Source: an uncultured Muribaculaceae bacterium (GTDB lineage: Bacteria > Bacteroidota > Bacteroidia > Bacteroidales > UBA932). From it: 64,000 nucleotides of DNA. Shown here in pieces: positions 1 through 8,865 of the stretch. The stretch's first letter is position 1; the number at the start of each line of letters is the position of its first letter. A model generated the notes under the pieces. That model was given only the letters and a program-made list of their open reading frames with translations, was not told where the DNA came from and did no database searches. The stretch is taken from the NCBI GenBank assembly GCA_964598495.1, contig CAZRBY010000006.1, forward strand, positions 2,624 to 66,623, read 5' to 3'. The translations under genes and the position numbers were made by a program.

Positions 1-1045
1 TGATATTGGTGCGCTCATTGATCCACTCTCTTGTAACACCGTGCTCCTTGATAAGTTCACGGATAACACCGAGAGACTGAGCTGCAAATGCCTCATTAAG
101 CTCTATCAGCTCCATATCCTGAAGTTTCTTACCTGCTTTCTTTAGGACGTGACGGATAGCGGGAACGGGACCGAGACCCATTACTGAGGGATCTACTCCA
201 CCCTGACCTGTTGCAACGATTTCAACCATAGGAGTAAGACCGAGTTCTTTTACCTTATCTTCGGAAGCGAGCATAACGAATGAGGCACCGTCATTTATGC
301 CTGAAGCATTTCCGGCGGTTACCGTACCATCCTTCTTGAATGCAGGTCTCAGTTTTGCCATCCTTTCGGGAGTTGAAGTTCTGTTGGGATACTCGTCATC
401 CTTGAAAATAATGGTCTCTTTTCTGGTCACGATTTCAACGGGAACGATTTCCTTAGCAAATACGCCGGAATCCACAGCCTTGATGGCTTTCTGCTGTGAA
501 GCGAAACCGAATTCATCCTGCTCTTCGCGAGTGATTCCATATTTTTCCGCAACATTTTCGGCAGTAATACCCATGTGGTATTTATTGAAAGCATCTGTAA
601 GACCATCACAAACCATATGGTCAACAGCCTGAAGGTCGCCCATCTTAGCTCCTGACCGGAGATTACCGCCGAGAATAAAACCGGCATTGGACATAACCTC
701 GGTACCTCCGGCGATAACTATGTCGGCATCACCTACAAGAATGTCATTGTACCCATTCATAACTGCCTTCATACCGCTACCGCACACCATATTGATACCG
801 TATGCGGGCACCTCCGCGGGAATGCCTGCCTTGATTGATGCCTGACGTATAACGCCCTGCAACTGACCTCCTGAAAGCACGTTACCACCTATTACCTCAT
901 CTACTTGTTCAGGTTTAATACCGGTCTCTTCTATAAGACTTTTAATGACAACTGCGCCCAGATCTCCGGGAGTGAACTCCCCTACTGAACCTAAAAATTT
1001 ACCAATTGCAGTTCTTTTGGCTGCTACAATATATACTTTTTTCAT
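1..1045 (-). CDS. acetyl-CoA acetyltransferase (thiolase); C-terminal end runs off the window
   Basis: Absent from the ORF track because it is open to the window edge. My translation from the ATG at 1045-1043 gives MKKVYIVAAKRTAIGKFLGSVGEFTPGDL. Further in the same frame it gives ASIKAGIPAEVPAYGINMVCG, the thiolase active-site Cys context. About 348 codons are visible; thiolases are about 390 aa. Confidence 0.85.
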   Translation of the reverse strand, partial: MKKVYIVAAKRTAIGKFLGSVGEFTPGDLGAVVIKSLIEETGIKPEQVDEVIGGNVLSGGQLQGVIRQASIKAGIPAEVPAYGINMVCGSGMKAVMNGYNDILVGDADIVIAGGTEVMSNAGFILGGNLRSGAKMGDLQAVDHMVCDGLTDAFNKYHMGITAENVAEKYGITREEQDEFGFASQQKAIKAVDSGVFAKEIVPVEIVTRKETIIFKDDEYPNRTSTPERMAKLRPAFKKDGTVTAGNASGINDGASFVMLASEDKVKELGLTPMVEIVATGQGGVDPSVMGLGPVPAIRHVLKKAGKKLQDMELIELNEAFAAQSLGVIRELIKEHGVTREWINERTNI

Positions 1046-1064
1046 TTTTCTATAAGTTTAAAAA

Positions 1065-1724
1065 TTAACACATGGGTTTTAAATCCTCGGCTATGATAAG
1101 CTTAGCCTCGGTAGCTTCTTGTACCTGTTCAACTGAAAACTCAGGATTGATCTCGGTAAGAAGAAGTCCTTTGGGGGTAACTTTCATCACACCCATTTCG
1201 GTAATAATCATATTGACCTGGCCGGCTGCGGTTAGAGGCAGAGTACACTCTTTCATGATTTTATGGTTGCCCTTAGCAGTATGCTCCATTGTAACAATCA
1301 CATGATTGGCACCAACAATCAAGTCCATTGCGCCACCCATTCCCGGAGTCCTCTTACCGGGGATCATCCAGTTTGCAAGATTACCTTTCTCATCCACCTG
1401 CATTGCACCGAGGAAGGTTGCATGTACATGACCTCCTCTGATGATAAGGAACGAATCGGCTGAAGAACAAGCATAAGCACCTGGATTATAGGTAATAAAA
1501 CCGCCTCCCGCGTTAATGTAATCCTTGTCCTCTTTACCCTCTTCGGGAGCGGGCCCCATACCTACAAGACCATTCTCCGACTGTAGTGTCACTTTGACAC
1601 CTTCGGGGAGATAAGCGGGAATTGCGGTGGGAAGACCGATACCCAAATTAACGACATCACCATCGTGAAGTTCGAGAGCTGCCCTTCTGGCAATAACCTC
1701 TCTGATTTGATTTCTGTCCATCAT
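1065..1724 (-). CDS. atoA: CoA-transferase subunit B (butyrate/acetate:acetoacetate CoA-transferase, AtoA-like)
   Basis: 219 aa. The N-terminus MMDRNQIREVIARRAALELHDGDVVNLGIGLPT and the SENGLVGMGP motif are typical of 3-oxoacid CoA-transferase B subunits. It lies in the lysine fermentation operon. Confidence 0.85.
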   Translation of the reverse strand: MMDRNQIREVIARRAALELHDGDVVNLGIGLPTAIPAYLPEGVKVTLQSENGLVGMGPAPEEGKEDKDYINAGGGFITYNPGAYACSSADSFLIIRGGHVHATFLGAMQVDEKGNLANWMIPGKRTPGMGGAMDLIVGANHVIVTMEHTAKGNHKIMKECTLPLTAAGQVNMIITEMGVMKVTPKGLLLTEINPEFSVEQVQEATEAKLIIAEDLKPMC

Positions 1725-1752
1725 ATATAGCTATTTGATAATTAATAATCGA

Positions 1753-2544
1753 TTATTTTATTGACATTCTCTTGACAAATTCCTGAACAATGAATGAAGC
1801 AACGTCATCAGCATAAGTATTCATGCCGAAACCTGCGTCATATCCCAGTTCTTTGGCAAGTTCATGGGAGATACGGGGACCACCGCATACAAGAATCATT
1901 TTGTCACGCAAGCCTTCCGCCTCCATAAGCTCCACAAGTTCAGTCATGTTCTTAATATGAACATCCTTCTGGGTTACAGTCTGAGAAACGAGAAGCGCAT
2001 CAGCATTGAGTTCTATTGCCTTTGCAAGAAAGTCCTCGTTTAGAACCTGACTGCCTAGGTTGTGAGCCTCAAGCATATCATACCGCTCAAGACCGTAATG
2101 TCCTGCATAGCCCTTCATATTCATAATAGCATCTATCCCCACTGTATGGGCGTCCGTACCTGTTGAAGCGCCGACAACTACTAATTTTCGACCGATATTT
2201 TCACGGATGTAATCGTCTGTCTCATTCATATCCATAACCGATGATTCCACTTTCGGAACATAAATTGATGTGTAATCCACTGTATGGACTGTACTGCCGT
2301 AGCAATTGAAGAAAGTATATCCCGGAGTAAGCTCACGAAAATATACTACGAGAGGGTTATCAAACCCCATATCTTTGATAAGCTGTTTTGCAGCCTCTGT
2401 TGCCTCTGCACCGGCAGGAACGGGAAGAGTAAAGCTAAGTTGCACCTTACCGTCATTCATTGTATCGCCGTAGGGCTTTACCTTGGTCAGATCAAGGGTC
2501 TTGTCGAAGTCCTTGTCAGACATTGAATATAATCCGCAGCTCAT
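1753..2544 (-). CDS. kamE: lysine 5,6-aminomutase beta subunit (B12- and PLP-binding)
   Basis: 263 aa. It has the DxHxxG cobalamin-binding motif (DAHTVG, D131-G136, His133) and Lys144 in NMKGYAG, where I recall the PLP-binding lysine of 5,6-LAM beta. It sits immediately downstream of kamD with a 1-nt gap. Confidence 0.9.
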   Translation of the reverse strand: MSCGLYSMSDKDFDKTLDLTKVKPYGDTMNDGKVQLSFTLPVPAGAEATEAAKQLIKDMGFDNPLVVYFRELTPGYTFFNCYGSTVHTVDYTSIYVPKVESSVMDMNETDDYIRENIGRKLVVVGASTGTDAHTVGIDAIMNMKGYAGHYGLERYDMLEAHNLGSQVLNEDFLAKAIELNADALLVSQTVTQKDVHIKNMTELVELMEAEGLRDKMILVCGGPRISHELAKELGYDAGFGMNTYADDVASFIVQEFVKRMSIK

Positions 2545-2545
2545 A

Positions 2546-4099
2546 TTATTTTACTCCTTTCATTAATTTTACAAATGGATTCATATAATTCTCGCCCTTC
2601 TGGACTACGCCGTCAAGGCCCTTACCGCCGTTTTTAGGACGTTTCACATCACCGAAAATACCCTTTTCGAGAGCATTGAAAAGACCCTCGGCAACTATTT
2701 TTTCAAGAAGCTCCACTGCATCGCCTAGCACTCGAGCAGCCCTATTTCGAATAATGCCACCCTCTTTGAACTCAACTTCCTCACCGATATCCTTCATATT
2801 TCCGAAAATATATTTGGCATTCTCTATAGCGAGGTAACGGTCACTCATAAAAGGAGTGTGGACTGCTTCCGTAGGCATACCAAGAAGCTGTATTCCCTGA
2901 TTGGTCCAAATACCGATCATATTGAAGAGAGCATCCTGAATGTGTCCTTTGAAGATATTTCCGGTCATGAACTTTGTAGGAGGCATATATTTCAGAGGGG
3001 CCTTCGGAAAAATCTCACGAGTCATCTGGGCCTGTGCGAGTTCATAGAGAAATCCGTTCTCAAGTTCGGGATCCATCTCAAATGCATGTCCCAGACCCAT
3101 CTGCTCCTCAGGAAGACCTGCGAGCAGTGCAAGCTGTTCGTTTATTAAGTCAGAGACAAGTACTGTGTGGGCAGCCTCTACCGCATCTGAAGTGGTAAGG
3201 TAGTTGTCCTCGCCGGTGTTTATGATAACACCTGCAAATCCGTTGATAACACGTGAGAAAAACTGGTCTACAAAAGTCCGCTGCATATTGATATCCCTGA
3301 AAAGAATTCCGTAAAGAGCATCATTGAGCATCACGTCAAGGCCTTCAAAAGCGCCCATAATGGCGATTTCAGGCATGCAGAGGCCTGAACAGTAGTTGCA
3401 GAGGCGTATATAGCGTCCTACCTCCTCTCCCACCTTGTCAAGAGCCTCACGCATGATGCGGAAATTCTCCTGTGTAGCGAATGTACCTCCGAAACCTTCT
3501 GTTGTGGCTCCGTAAGGCACATAGTCTAGGAGCGACTGGCCGGTAGTACGGATCACAGCTATGATATCCGCCCCTTGACGTGCTGCTGCCTCCGCCTGCA
3601 CCACATCTTCGTAGATATTGCCTGTGGCGACTATTACGTAGATATAGGGTCTGGGACCCTCACCGATAGTTTTCAGATAGTGATTCCGACGCTCGCGTCT
3701 TGCACGAATACGGTCAATCGAACCATTAATTACCGGCTGAAGAATCTCATCAATCTTCTTTTTATCAACAACTTCTATTCTTACAAGGTCAATTGTACCG
3801 GACGCAACACCTTCTGCAATCTGTTGAGGCGAAAGTCCGGTCTGAACCATTGCGTTGCCTATATAGAAAAGCACGCCCTGATTCAAAACACCTTTACCCT
3901 TGAGTTCATCTACAACGACATTCGGTAGCGGTACCTGATTTTCATCGATACCATCAATGCCCAAAAGTCGGCACAGAGTCCTTTCCACTGCAACCGTGGT
4001 ATAAGACTCTGCGAAAGTCTGTACGTCATCAGCTATATTCTTCGCCAGAGAGCGCGCATAATCGACTTTCTTGAAATCCAATCCTAATTTGCTTTGCAT
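2546..4099 (-). CDS. kamD: lysine 5,6-aminomutase alpha subunit
   Basis: 517 aa, the size and TIM-barrel-like sequence expected of KamD. It is paired with kamE and sits in the operon with kamA, kdd, kce and kal. Confidence 0.85.
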   Translation of the reverse strand: MQSKLGLDFKKVDYARSLAKNIADDVQTFAESYTTVAVERTLCRLLGIDGIDENQVPLPNVVVDELKGKGVLNQGVLFYIGNAMVQTGLSPQQIAEGVASGTIDLVRIEVVDKKKIDEILQPVINGSIDRIRARRERRNHYLKTIGEGPRPYIYVIVATGNIYEDVVQAEAAARQGADIIAVIRTTGQSLLDYVPYGATTEGFGGTFATQENFRIMREALDKVGEEVGRYIRLCNYCSGLCMPEIAIMGAFEGLDVMLNDALYGILFRDINMQRTFVDQFFSRVINGFAGVIINTGEDNYLTTSDAVEAAHTVLVSDLINEQLALLAGLPEEQMGLGHAFEMDPELENGFLYELAQAQMTREIFPKAPLKYMPPTKFMTGNIFKGHIQDALFNMIGIWTNQGIQLLGMPTEAVHTPFMSDRYLAIENAKYIFGNMKDIGEEVEFKEGGIIRNRAARVLGDAVELLEKIVAEGLFNALEKGIFGDVKRPKNGGKGLDGVVQKGENYMNPFVKLMKGVK

Positions 4100-4219
4100 A
4101 ATTAAATAGTGTGTAGTATGTAGTTAGTAGTGTGTAGTAATAAAATAGTGTGTAGTATGTAGTTAGTAGTGTGTAGTTTGTAGTGTGTAGTTTGTAGTGT
4201 GTAGTGTGTAGTGTGTAGT
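4100..4219. repeat. heptad-periodic tandem repeat spacer (TGTGTAG/TGTAGTA-type) between the MutS-like gene and kamD
   Basis: A 35-nt unit, AAATAGTGTGTAGTATGTAGTTAGTAGTGTGTAGT, occurs at 4104-4138 and again at 4143-4177. It is followed by TTTGTAGTGTGTAG x2 and TGTGTAG x2. The plus strand has no C at all from 4100 to 4230, so the operon mRNA is G-free here. Confidence 0.95.
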
Positions 4220-5572
4220 TTATTGTGTGTCGAGTATTTTTGTCGCCTCGTCAAGCCATCTCGAACTGACTCCAAGTTTCCGGGCGATATTGAGAGCCTC
4301 GTGGGGTACCTCGTTGTCGGCTGACTCGGTTAACGAATAATCCATTTTGAGCCTATCAGAGCCTTCTATATCCTCTACCAGACCCTTCACTCTCCAGCAT
4401 CTGGCGCTACTATCCACATTGTAGTGGGTTGTGAGTATCAGAGAGAGATTGGAGCAATCAGTGAGTATTCTTAGCAGAGATGAGACCAGTGCGCTCCCTT
4501 CGGTAGGGTTGGTGGTTCGGGCCGGCTCGTCAACCAGCGCAAGCGTCTTCGCCCCACTCTCCACCATTTCAATCATCCTGTCAATGCGCAACATCTCAGC
4601 AGCGAAAGAGGAAAGTCCCTTCTGCTGGTCCTGATCGTCACCAAAACAAAATACTATGTTCTCCACCGGTACCATCTCCGCTTTGAGCGCAGGAACTGCA
4701 AAACCGAACTGAAAAAGATACTGGCATAGACAGAGGCTCTTCAGGGCTACGGTCTTACCACCCATATTGGCTCCGATTATTATACCTGGCTCCCCGAGCT
4801 TGTAGCGGAAAGCAACTTTCTGGAATACTTTTCCCTTTTGTGCGAGGATGGATTTAACCTCAGGATGAAACAGACCTTCGAAAGATGAGCTATTTCCTAC
4901 CTCCGGAATAGTGAACGACTCTTTTTTGCGTTGGATTGCTTTGGAAATGACAATATCCAGTTCGGCGAGAGAATGTAACAAGTTTGTTAGTTCCGTTGCA
5001 TAGGGCCGCAGGAGGTTACAAAGAACCCTTTTAATCCTCTCTTCCTCATTTATGAGCCTGTCTTTTAGTTCCTCATTGTCAGGATCACTCTCAAGCTCCC
5101 TTCTGAGTTTCCGCACCTCCATAGAATAGGAGTCATATACATAGAAAGTACCTATTTTGAGGCCGTCAGGATCCAAAATACGGATTATATTATCAAGATC
5201 GAAATTGGTCCACACATTGGAGATTTCCGCCCTGGAGAATAACTGTTTCACCTCATCCCCCAATAGCGCAAGATGTTTTATTTCGAACAATTCTATATCG
5301 TCAAGCGCAGATCCCTCCTCCAGAGAGGTGAGGGTATTGTAAATGTTACGCAATCCCTGAAGTCTGAATTGCAAATTCTGTATCAGGGAAGGTTCTCTTT
5401 CCACTAAGGAAGTGAATTTATCCAGAGAGGCATATGCTTCCTCTATCTCTTCGGCAGTTGTCATCATCCTGCTGTCGAGGAGATATTTGCGGGCATAGCC
5501 GGACTGCAGTTCGAGCAAATCAAAGCAGTAGCGAATACCGCATGGGGAATCTATTATCTCTTTAAAAGTCAT
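4220..5572 (-). CDS. MutS domain V-type ATPase (MutS-like, no mismatch-recognition or Smr domain), embedded in the lysine aminomutase operon
   Basis: 450 aa. Walker A is GANMGGKT and Walker B is LALVDEP, followed by TNPTEGSAL, as in the MutS ATPase core. The N-terminal 230 aa are helical (core/clamp-like). It is too short to carry MutS domains I and II. Confidence 0.75.
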   Translation of the reverse strand: MTFKEIIDSPCGIRYCFDLLELQSGYARKYLLDSRMMTTAEEIEEAYASLDKFTSLVEREPSLIQNLQFRLQGLRNIYNTLTSLEEGSALDDIELFEIKHLALLGDEVKQLFSRAEISNVWTNFDLDNIIRILDPDGLKIGTFYVYDSYSMEVRKLRRELESDPDNEELKDRLINEEERIKRVLCNLLRPYATELTNLLHSLAELDIVISKAIQRKKESFTIPEVGNSSSFEGLFHPEVKSILAQKGKVFQKVAFRYKLGEPGIIIGANMGGKTVALKSLCLCQYLFQFGFAVPALKAEMVPVENIVFCFGDDQDQQKGLSSFAAEMLRIDRMIEMVESGAKTLALVDEPARTTNPTEGSALVSSLLRILTDCSNLSLILTTHYNVDSSARCWRVKGLVEDIEGSDRLKMDYSLTESADNEVPHEALNIARKLGVSSRWLDEATKILDTQ

Positions 5573-6518
5573 ATTTTTCTCTATCTTTCACAATATCATA
5601 TACCGGCAGACCGATAGCTGCGGAGAGTGTGCTGCACAGAAGGTCGGAATCAAGCACGATGCCGTTGGGGGCTACCGGATTGACGCAAACAGCTATCAGT
5701 TTGCTCTTCATCCGCACAGATATCCTGCCTCCCCTTCTGATAAAGGATCTATAGAGGTCCGGGGAGACAAAAATGCGAGTAAAATCATTGACCACCAGTT
5801 CTTTTTCGCCTTTTATCAGTTCGTTCTTAACCGCTTGAAGCAATCTGTTCGTAAGAGCCCCTTCCACTCCTATAACGGAATGGTTTCTTATTGCATCCGT
5901 ACAGAGGTCGGAAAATGAAGAAATTTCCGTTTCAGTTTCCTTGCCGGTAAAGAACGGAAGGTTGATCAGGTCAACAATAAATGAAGTCCCGGCCACCAGA
6001 TCCTTGATATTGGCTGAAAAAGCAGCACCCGTCGAGAGCACCATCGCCTCGCTTATAGCAGGGGATGCCGTGCTTAATCTCGAAAGGGCTCCATCCACCA
6101 GTATCAGGTCTATACCGTAATTATTCAATGAACTCATCCATCTTTTAAGCGCACTTCCGGAAGATGGACCGGAAAGGAGAACTTTGCCCTCCTGAAGTGC
6201 TTTTGCAGTTACCACACGCCCCAAAGCTGTGGTCATATCACTCACATCATACAACTCGGAAAGGATCTTCCTTTCCCGATAGTGTTTTTCGCTTGTCCCG
6301 AAAAACATCCCTTCTTTAATCGTAATCTCGGGTTTGGCGGTGGAAGTCATCTGATCAAGTGACTCCCCGTCAAGTCCGATTGATGTCACCGCCACCGAAA
6401 AATAATCGGTTGGCAGCCTGTTGATAATATAGTTGAGAGACTCTGTCTTGCCCGTATTCTTCTCAAGCCCGACAATAGATACGCTGCGGTATTTGAGTAT
6501 CTCATCTATAAAGGGCAT
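5562..6518 (-). CDS. P-loop NTPase-like protein of unknown function (DTBS/CobQ/MobB-like N-terminus), lysine operon-associated
   Basis: The track ORF 5562..6608 begins at a TTG that overlaps kamA by 86 nt. The first ATG, at 6518, lies 4 nt after the kamA stop and gives MPFIDEILKYRSVSIVGLEKNTGKTES, with a GxxxxGKT-like P-loop. It overlaps the MutS-like start by 11 nt, which suggests translational coupling. Confidence 0.6.
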   Translation of the reverse strand: MPFIDEILKYRSVSIVGLEKNTGKTESLNYIINRLPTDYFSVAVTSIGLDGESLDQMTSTAKPEITIKEGMFFGTSEKHYRERKILSELYDVSDMTTALGRVVTAKALQEGKVLLSGPSSGSALKRWMSSLNNYGIDLILVDGALSRLSTASPAISEAMVLSTGAAFSANIKDLVAGTSFIVDLINLPFFTGKETETEISSFSDLCTDAIRNHSVIGVEGALTNRLLQAVKNELIKGEKELVVNDFTRIFVSPDLYRSFIRRGGRISVRMKSKLIAVCVNPVAPNGIVLDSDLLCSTLSAAIGLPVYDIVKDREKYDF

Positions 6519-6522
6519 AATC

Positions 6523-7773
6523 CTAGTGCTTGCTACGTTCTTTGCGTTGGAGGAACGCAGGTTCAATTGCCATCTTCTGACCTTCCAGAAGGGAAACAAC
6601 TCCTTCAAGCGGTTTCTTTTGGCCTTTACGACACTCCTCGCAAGTGCACTCGAAGTGATACTCGCCGGGCTCGGTGTAAGTGGTAATTACACCTTCGAAG
6701 TTGCGCAGAACAACTTTGCCAGGAGCCTGGGAAACCACATACTGAGGCATAACGGGAGTCTTGCCGCCACCACCCGGTGCATCCACGACGAAGGTGGGCA
6801 CAGCATAGCCGGAGGTGTGACCTCTTAGGCCTTCCATAATCTCTATACCCTTTGAAACGGGGGTACGGAAATGTTCCAGTCCCATTGAAAGGTCGCACTG
6901 GTAGATATAATAGGGACGCACGCGAATCTTCACAAGCTCGTGAACAAGTTTCTTCATAACGTGAACGCAATCATTGATACCGCGCAATAGCACAGACTGG
7001 TTTCCGAGAGGAACGCCTGCATCTGCAAGCCTGGCACAAGCCTTGGCAGACTCTTCAGTCACCTCGTTGGGATGGTTGAAGTGTGTGTTTAGCCATATGG
7101 GATGATATTTCTTGAGCATATTGACCAGGTCATCGGTTATACGCTGAGGGCAAACCACCGGCACTCTCGAGCCAATGCGGATAATCTCCACATGAGGGAT
7201 TGCACGGAGCCTCTTAATTATGTCTTCCAGTTTCGCATCGCTAACCATAAGGGCATCGCCTCCGGAAAGAAGCACATCCCTCACCTGAGGAGTACGGGCT
7301 ATGTACTCAATTGCCTTATCGATCCTCCCACTTGGGCTTTCTGCATCTTTCTGCCCTGCAAAACGTCTTCTGGTACAATGGCGACAATACATTGAACACA
7401 TATCGGTGATAAGAAGCAGCACTCTGTCCGGATACCTGTGGGTAAGACCGGGAGTCGGGGAATCCTCATCCTCATGAAGAGGGTCGAGAAGGTCTGCTGC
7501 TGCCTGATGCGTCTCTGCACCTGTAGGGATTGCCTGCTTACGGATGGGATCGTTGGAATCTTCAGGGTTGATGAGTGAAATATAATAAGGAGTAATTGCC
7601 ATCCTGAGGGTAGAGAGTGTCTTTTTGACACCCTCTTCCTCCTCGGGAGTTAATTTAACGTATTTTTTGAGTTGGTCAAGAGTCTCGATCCTGTTTTTTA
7701 CCTGCCATTTCCAGTCATCCCACTGTGCATCCGTAACCTCAGGAAAGAGTTCTTTTCTTCTTGATACATTCAT
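6523..7773 (-). CDS. kamA: L-lysine 2,3-aminomutase (radical SAM)
   Basis: 416 aa. It has the CSMYCRHCTRRR radical-SAM CxxxCxxC motif plus the LLSGGDAL and RIGSRVPV motifs typical of KamA/AblA. Confidence 0.93.
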   Translation of the reverse strand: MNVSRRKELFPEVTDAQWDDWKWQVKNRIETLDQLKKYVKLTPEEEEGVKKTLSTLRMAITPYYISLINPEDSNDPIRKQAIPTGAETHQAAADLLDPLHEDEDSPTPGLTHRYPDRVLLLITDMCSMYCRHCTRRRFAGQKDAESPSGRIDKAIEYIARTPQVRDVLLSGGDALMVSDAKLEDIIKRLRAIPHVEIIRIGSRVPVVCPQRITDDLVNMLKKYHPIWLNTHFNHPNEVTEESAKACARLADAGVPLGNQSVLLRGINDCVHVMKKLVHELVKIRVRPYYIYQCDLSMGLEHFRTPVSKGIEIMEGLRGHTSGYAVPTFVVDAPGGGGKTPVMPQYVVSQAPGKVVLRNFEGVITTYTEPGEYHFECTCEECRKGQKKPLEGVVSLLEGQKMAIEPAFLQRKERSKH

Positions 7774-7782
7774 ATCCTCAGT

Positions 7783-8823
7783 TTATGCGTATAGTTCAGT
7801 AAATATATTTCTCAATTTTTCACTCTCTCTGAGTAACTGAAGAGTGATTTCTGCGTGACCCTTGGTGTAACCGTTACCAATGATCATAGTAACATCGCTG
7901 CCTACACCCTCCGCACCGAGGGCCGCTTTTGTAAAGCTGGTTGCCATTGAGAAGAAATAGATGATACCGTCGTTCTTGGTACATAGGATCGAAGTCATCT
8001 CCGTATCGGGAACGTTTACGTTATTGATTGTTACATCAGCCATTTTACCGCCGGTGAGCTCATATATTTTTTCGTACATTGAGATGGGATCGTTTGCATT
8101 ACCTGCAAATACAACATCACAGAAACCGAGGTCTTGCATGCGTTTGGTTGACCTTTGGCTATGAGTCATACCGATAACCTTACCTGTCACACCTACACGT
8201 TTCTTCGCCTCATAGCAACAAAGCATACCTGATTTTCCACCTGCACCTATAACAAGGACGGTATCGCCGGGTCTGCAAAGTTTTGCAGTTTGAGCGGGAG
8301 CACCTGCAACGTCAAGAGCCGAGAGAGCCAGTTTTTCGGGCATATCCGTAGGTATCTTTGCATAAATACCGCTTTCAAAGAGAATGGCCTTACCCTTGAT
8401 GTCCACCTGATCAACATCTTCGCGGATTTCCAGAATCTCGTCGATGCGAAGGGGAGTAAGTGAAAGGGATACGAGAGTGGCAATCTTATCACCTACTTTG
8501 AGGTCGATCTTACCCAAAAGAGCATCACCTATTTTCTCGACTCTGCCGAGGAGCATACCACCTGAACCTGTACGACGGTTGCGGTGTTTGCCCTGGAGCT
8601 CAACGTTGAGGAGTATCTCCTTTTTCATCTCTTCCTTATCGTGATTACAGAAATTGGCTATATCGGTAAATGAAGCCGAGTCAATATTTAAAGTCTGAAC
8701 ATCAATAAGGATCTCGTTGTCATAGATCTCGTCCATATTGTTGTCAATCCTATTTGCCGGCTGGGGAAGAACGCCCTTAGGCTCAATTACACGGTGCGTT
8801 CCATATTTGTTACCTTTTTTCAT
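7783..8823 (-). CDS. kdd: L-erythro-3,5-diaminohexanoate dehydrogenase
   Basis: 346 aa with a Rossmann motif (VIGAGGKSG). Its position between kamA and kce matches the known lysine fermentation gene set. Confidence 0.8.
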   Translation of the reverse strand: MKKGNKYGTHRVIEPKGVLPQPANRIDNNMDEIYDNEILIDVQTLNIDSASFTDIANFCNHDKEEMKKEILLNVELQGKHRNRRTGSGGMLLGRVEKIGDALLGKIDLKVGDKIATLVSLSLTPLRIDEILEIREDVDQVDIKGKAILFESGIYAKIPTDMPEKLALSALDVAGAPAQTAKLCRPGDTVLVIGAGGKSGMLCCYEAKKRVGVTGKVIGMTHSQRSTKRMQDLGFCDVVFAGNANDPISMYEKIYELTGGKMADVTINNVNVPDTEMTSILCTKNDGIIYFFSMATSFTKAALGAEGVGSDVTMIIGNGYTKGHAEITLQLLRESEKLRNIFTELYA

Positions 8824-8865
8824 TGTTGTACTATTGTTGTATTTATGATTATTGTTTAAAAATGA

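Noticed and set aside
4100-4219. Tandem repeats that could be mistaken for a CRISPR array
   Set aside because: The units are directly adjacent or overlapping, with no unique spacers. The period is 7-39 nt, the unit has no dyad symmetry and no cas genes are present. It is a microsatellite-like spacer, not a CRISPR.
4220-5572. Annotating the MutS-like ORF as DNA mismatch repair protein MutS or MutS2
   Set aside because: At 450 aa it has no room for the mismatch-recognition and connector domains and no Smr nuclease domain. It is embedded and translationally coupled within a metabolic operon, so a DNA repair role is not supported.
6519-6608. N-terminal extensions in the ORF track starting at TTG/GTG. 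This one overlaps kamA by 86 nt; others are 25756..25833, 25814..25873, 37550..37576, 48622..48666, 9694..9711 and 18306..18323.
   Set aside because: In each case an in-frame ATG downstream gives the conserved family N-terminus and removes an implausible overlap with the neighbouring gene.
6626-6970. 114-aa Arg/Cys-rich alternate-frame ORF inside kamA (also 7299..7631)
   Set aside because: It is on the same strand as kamA but out of frame. Its composition is typical of an off-frame translation, and there is no independent start context.
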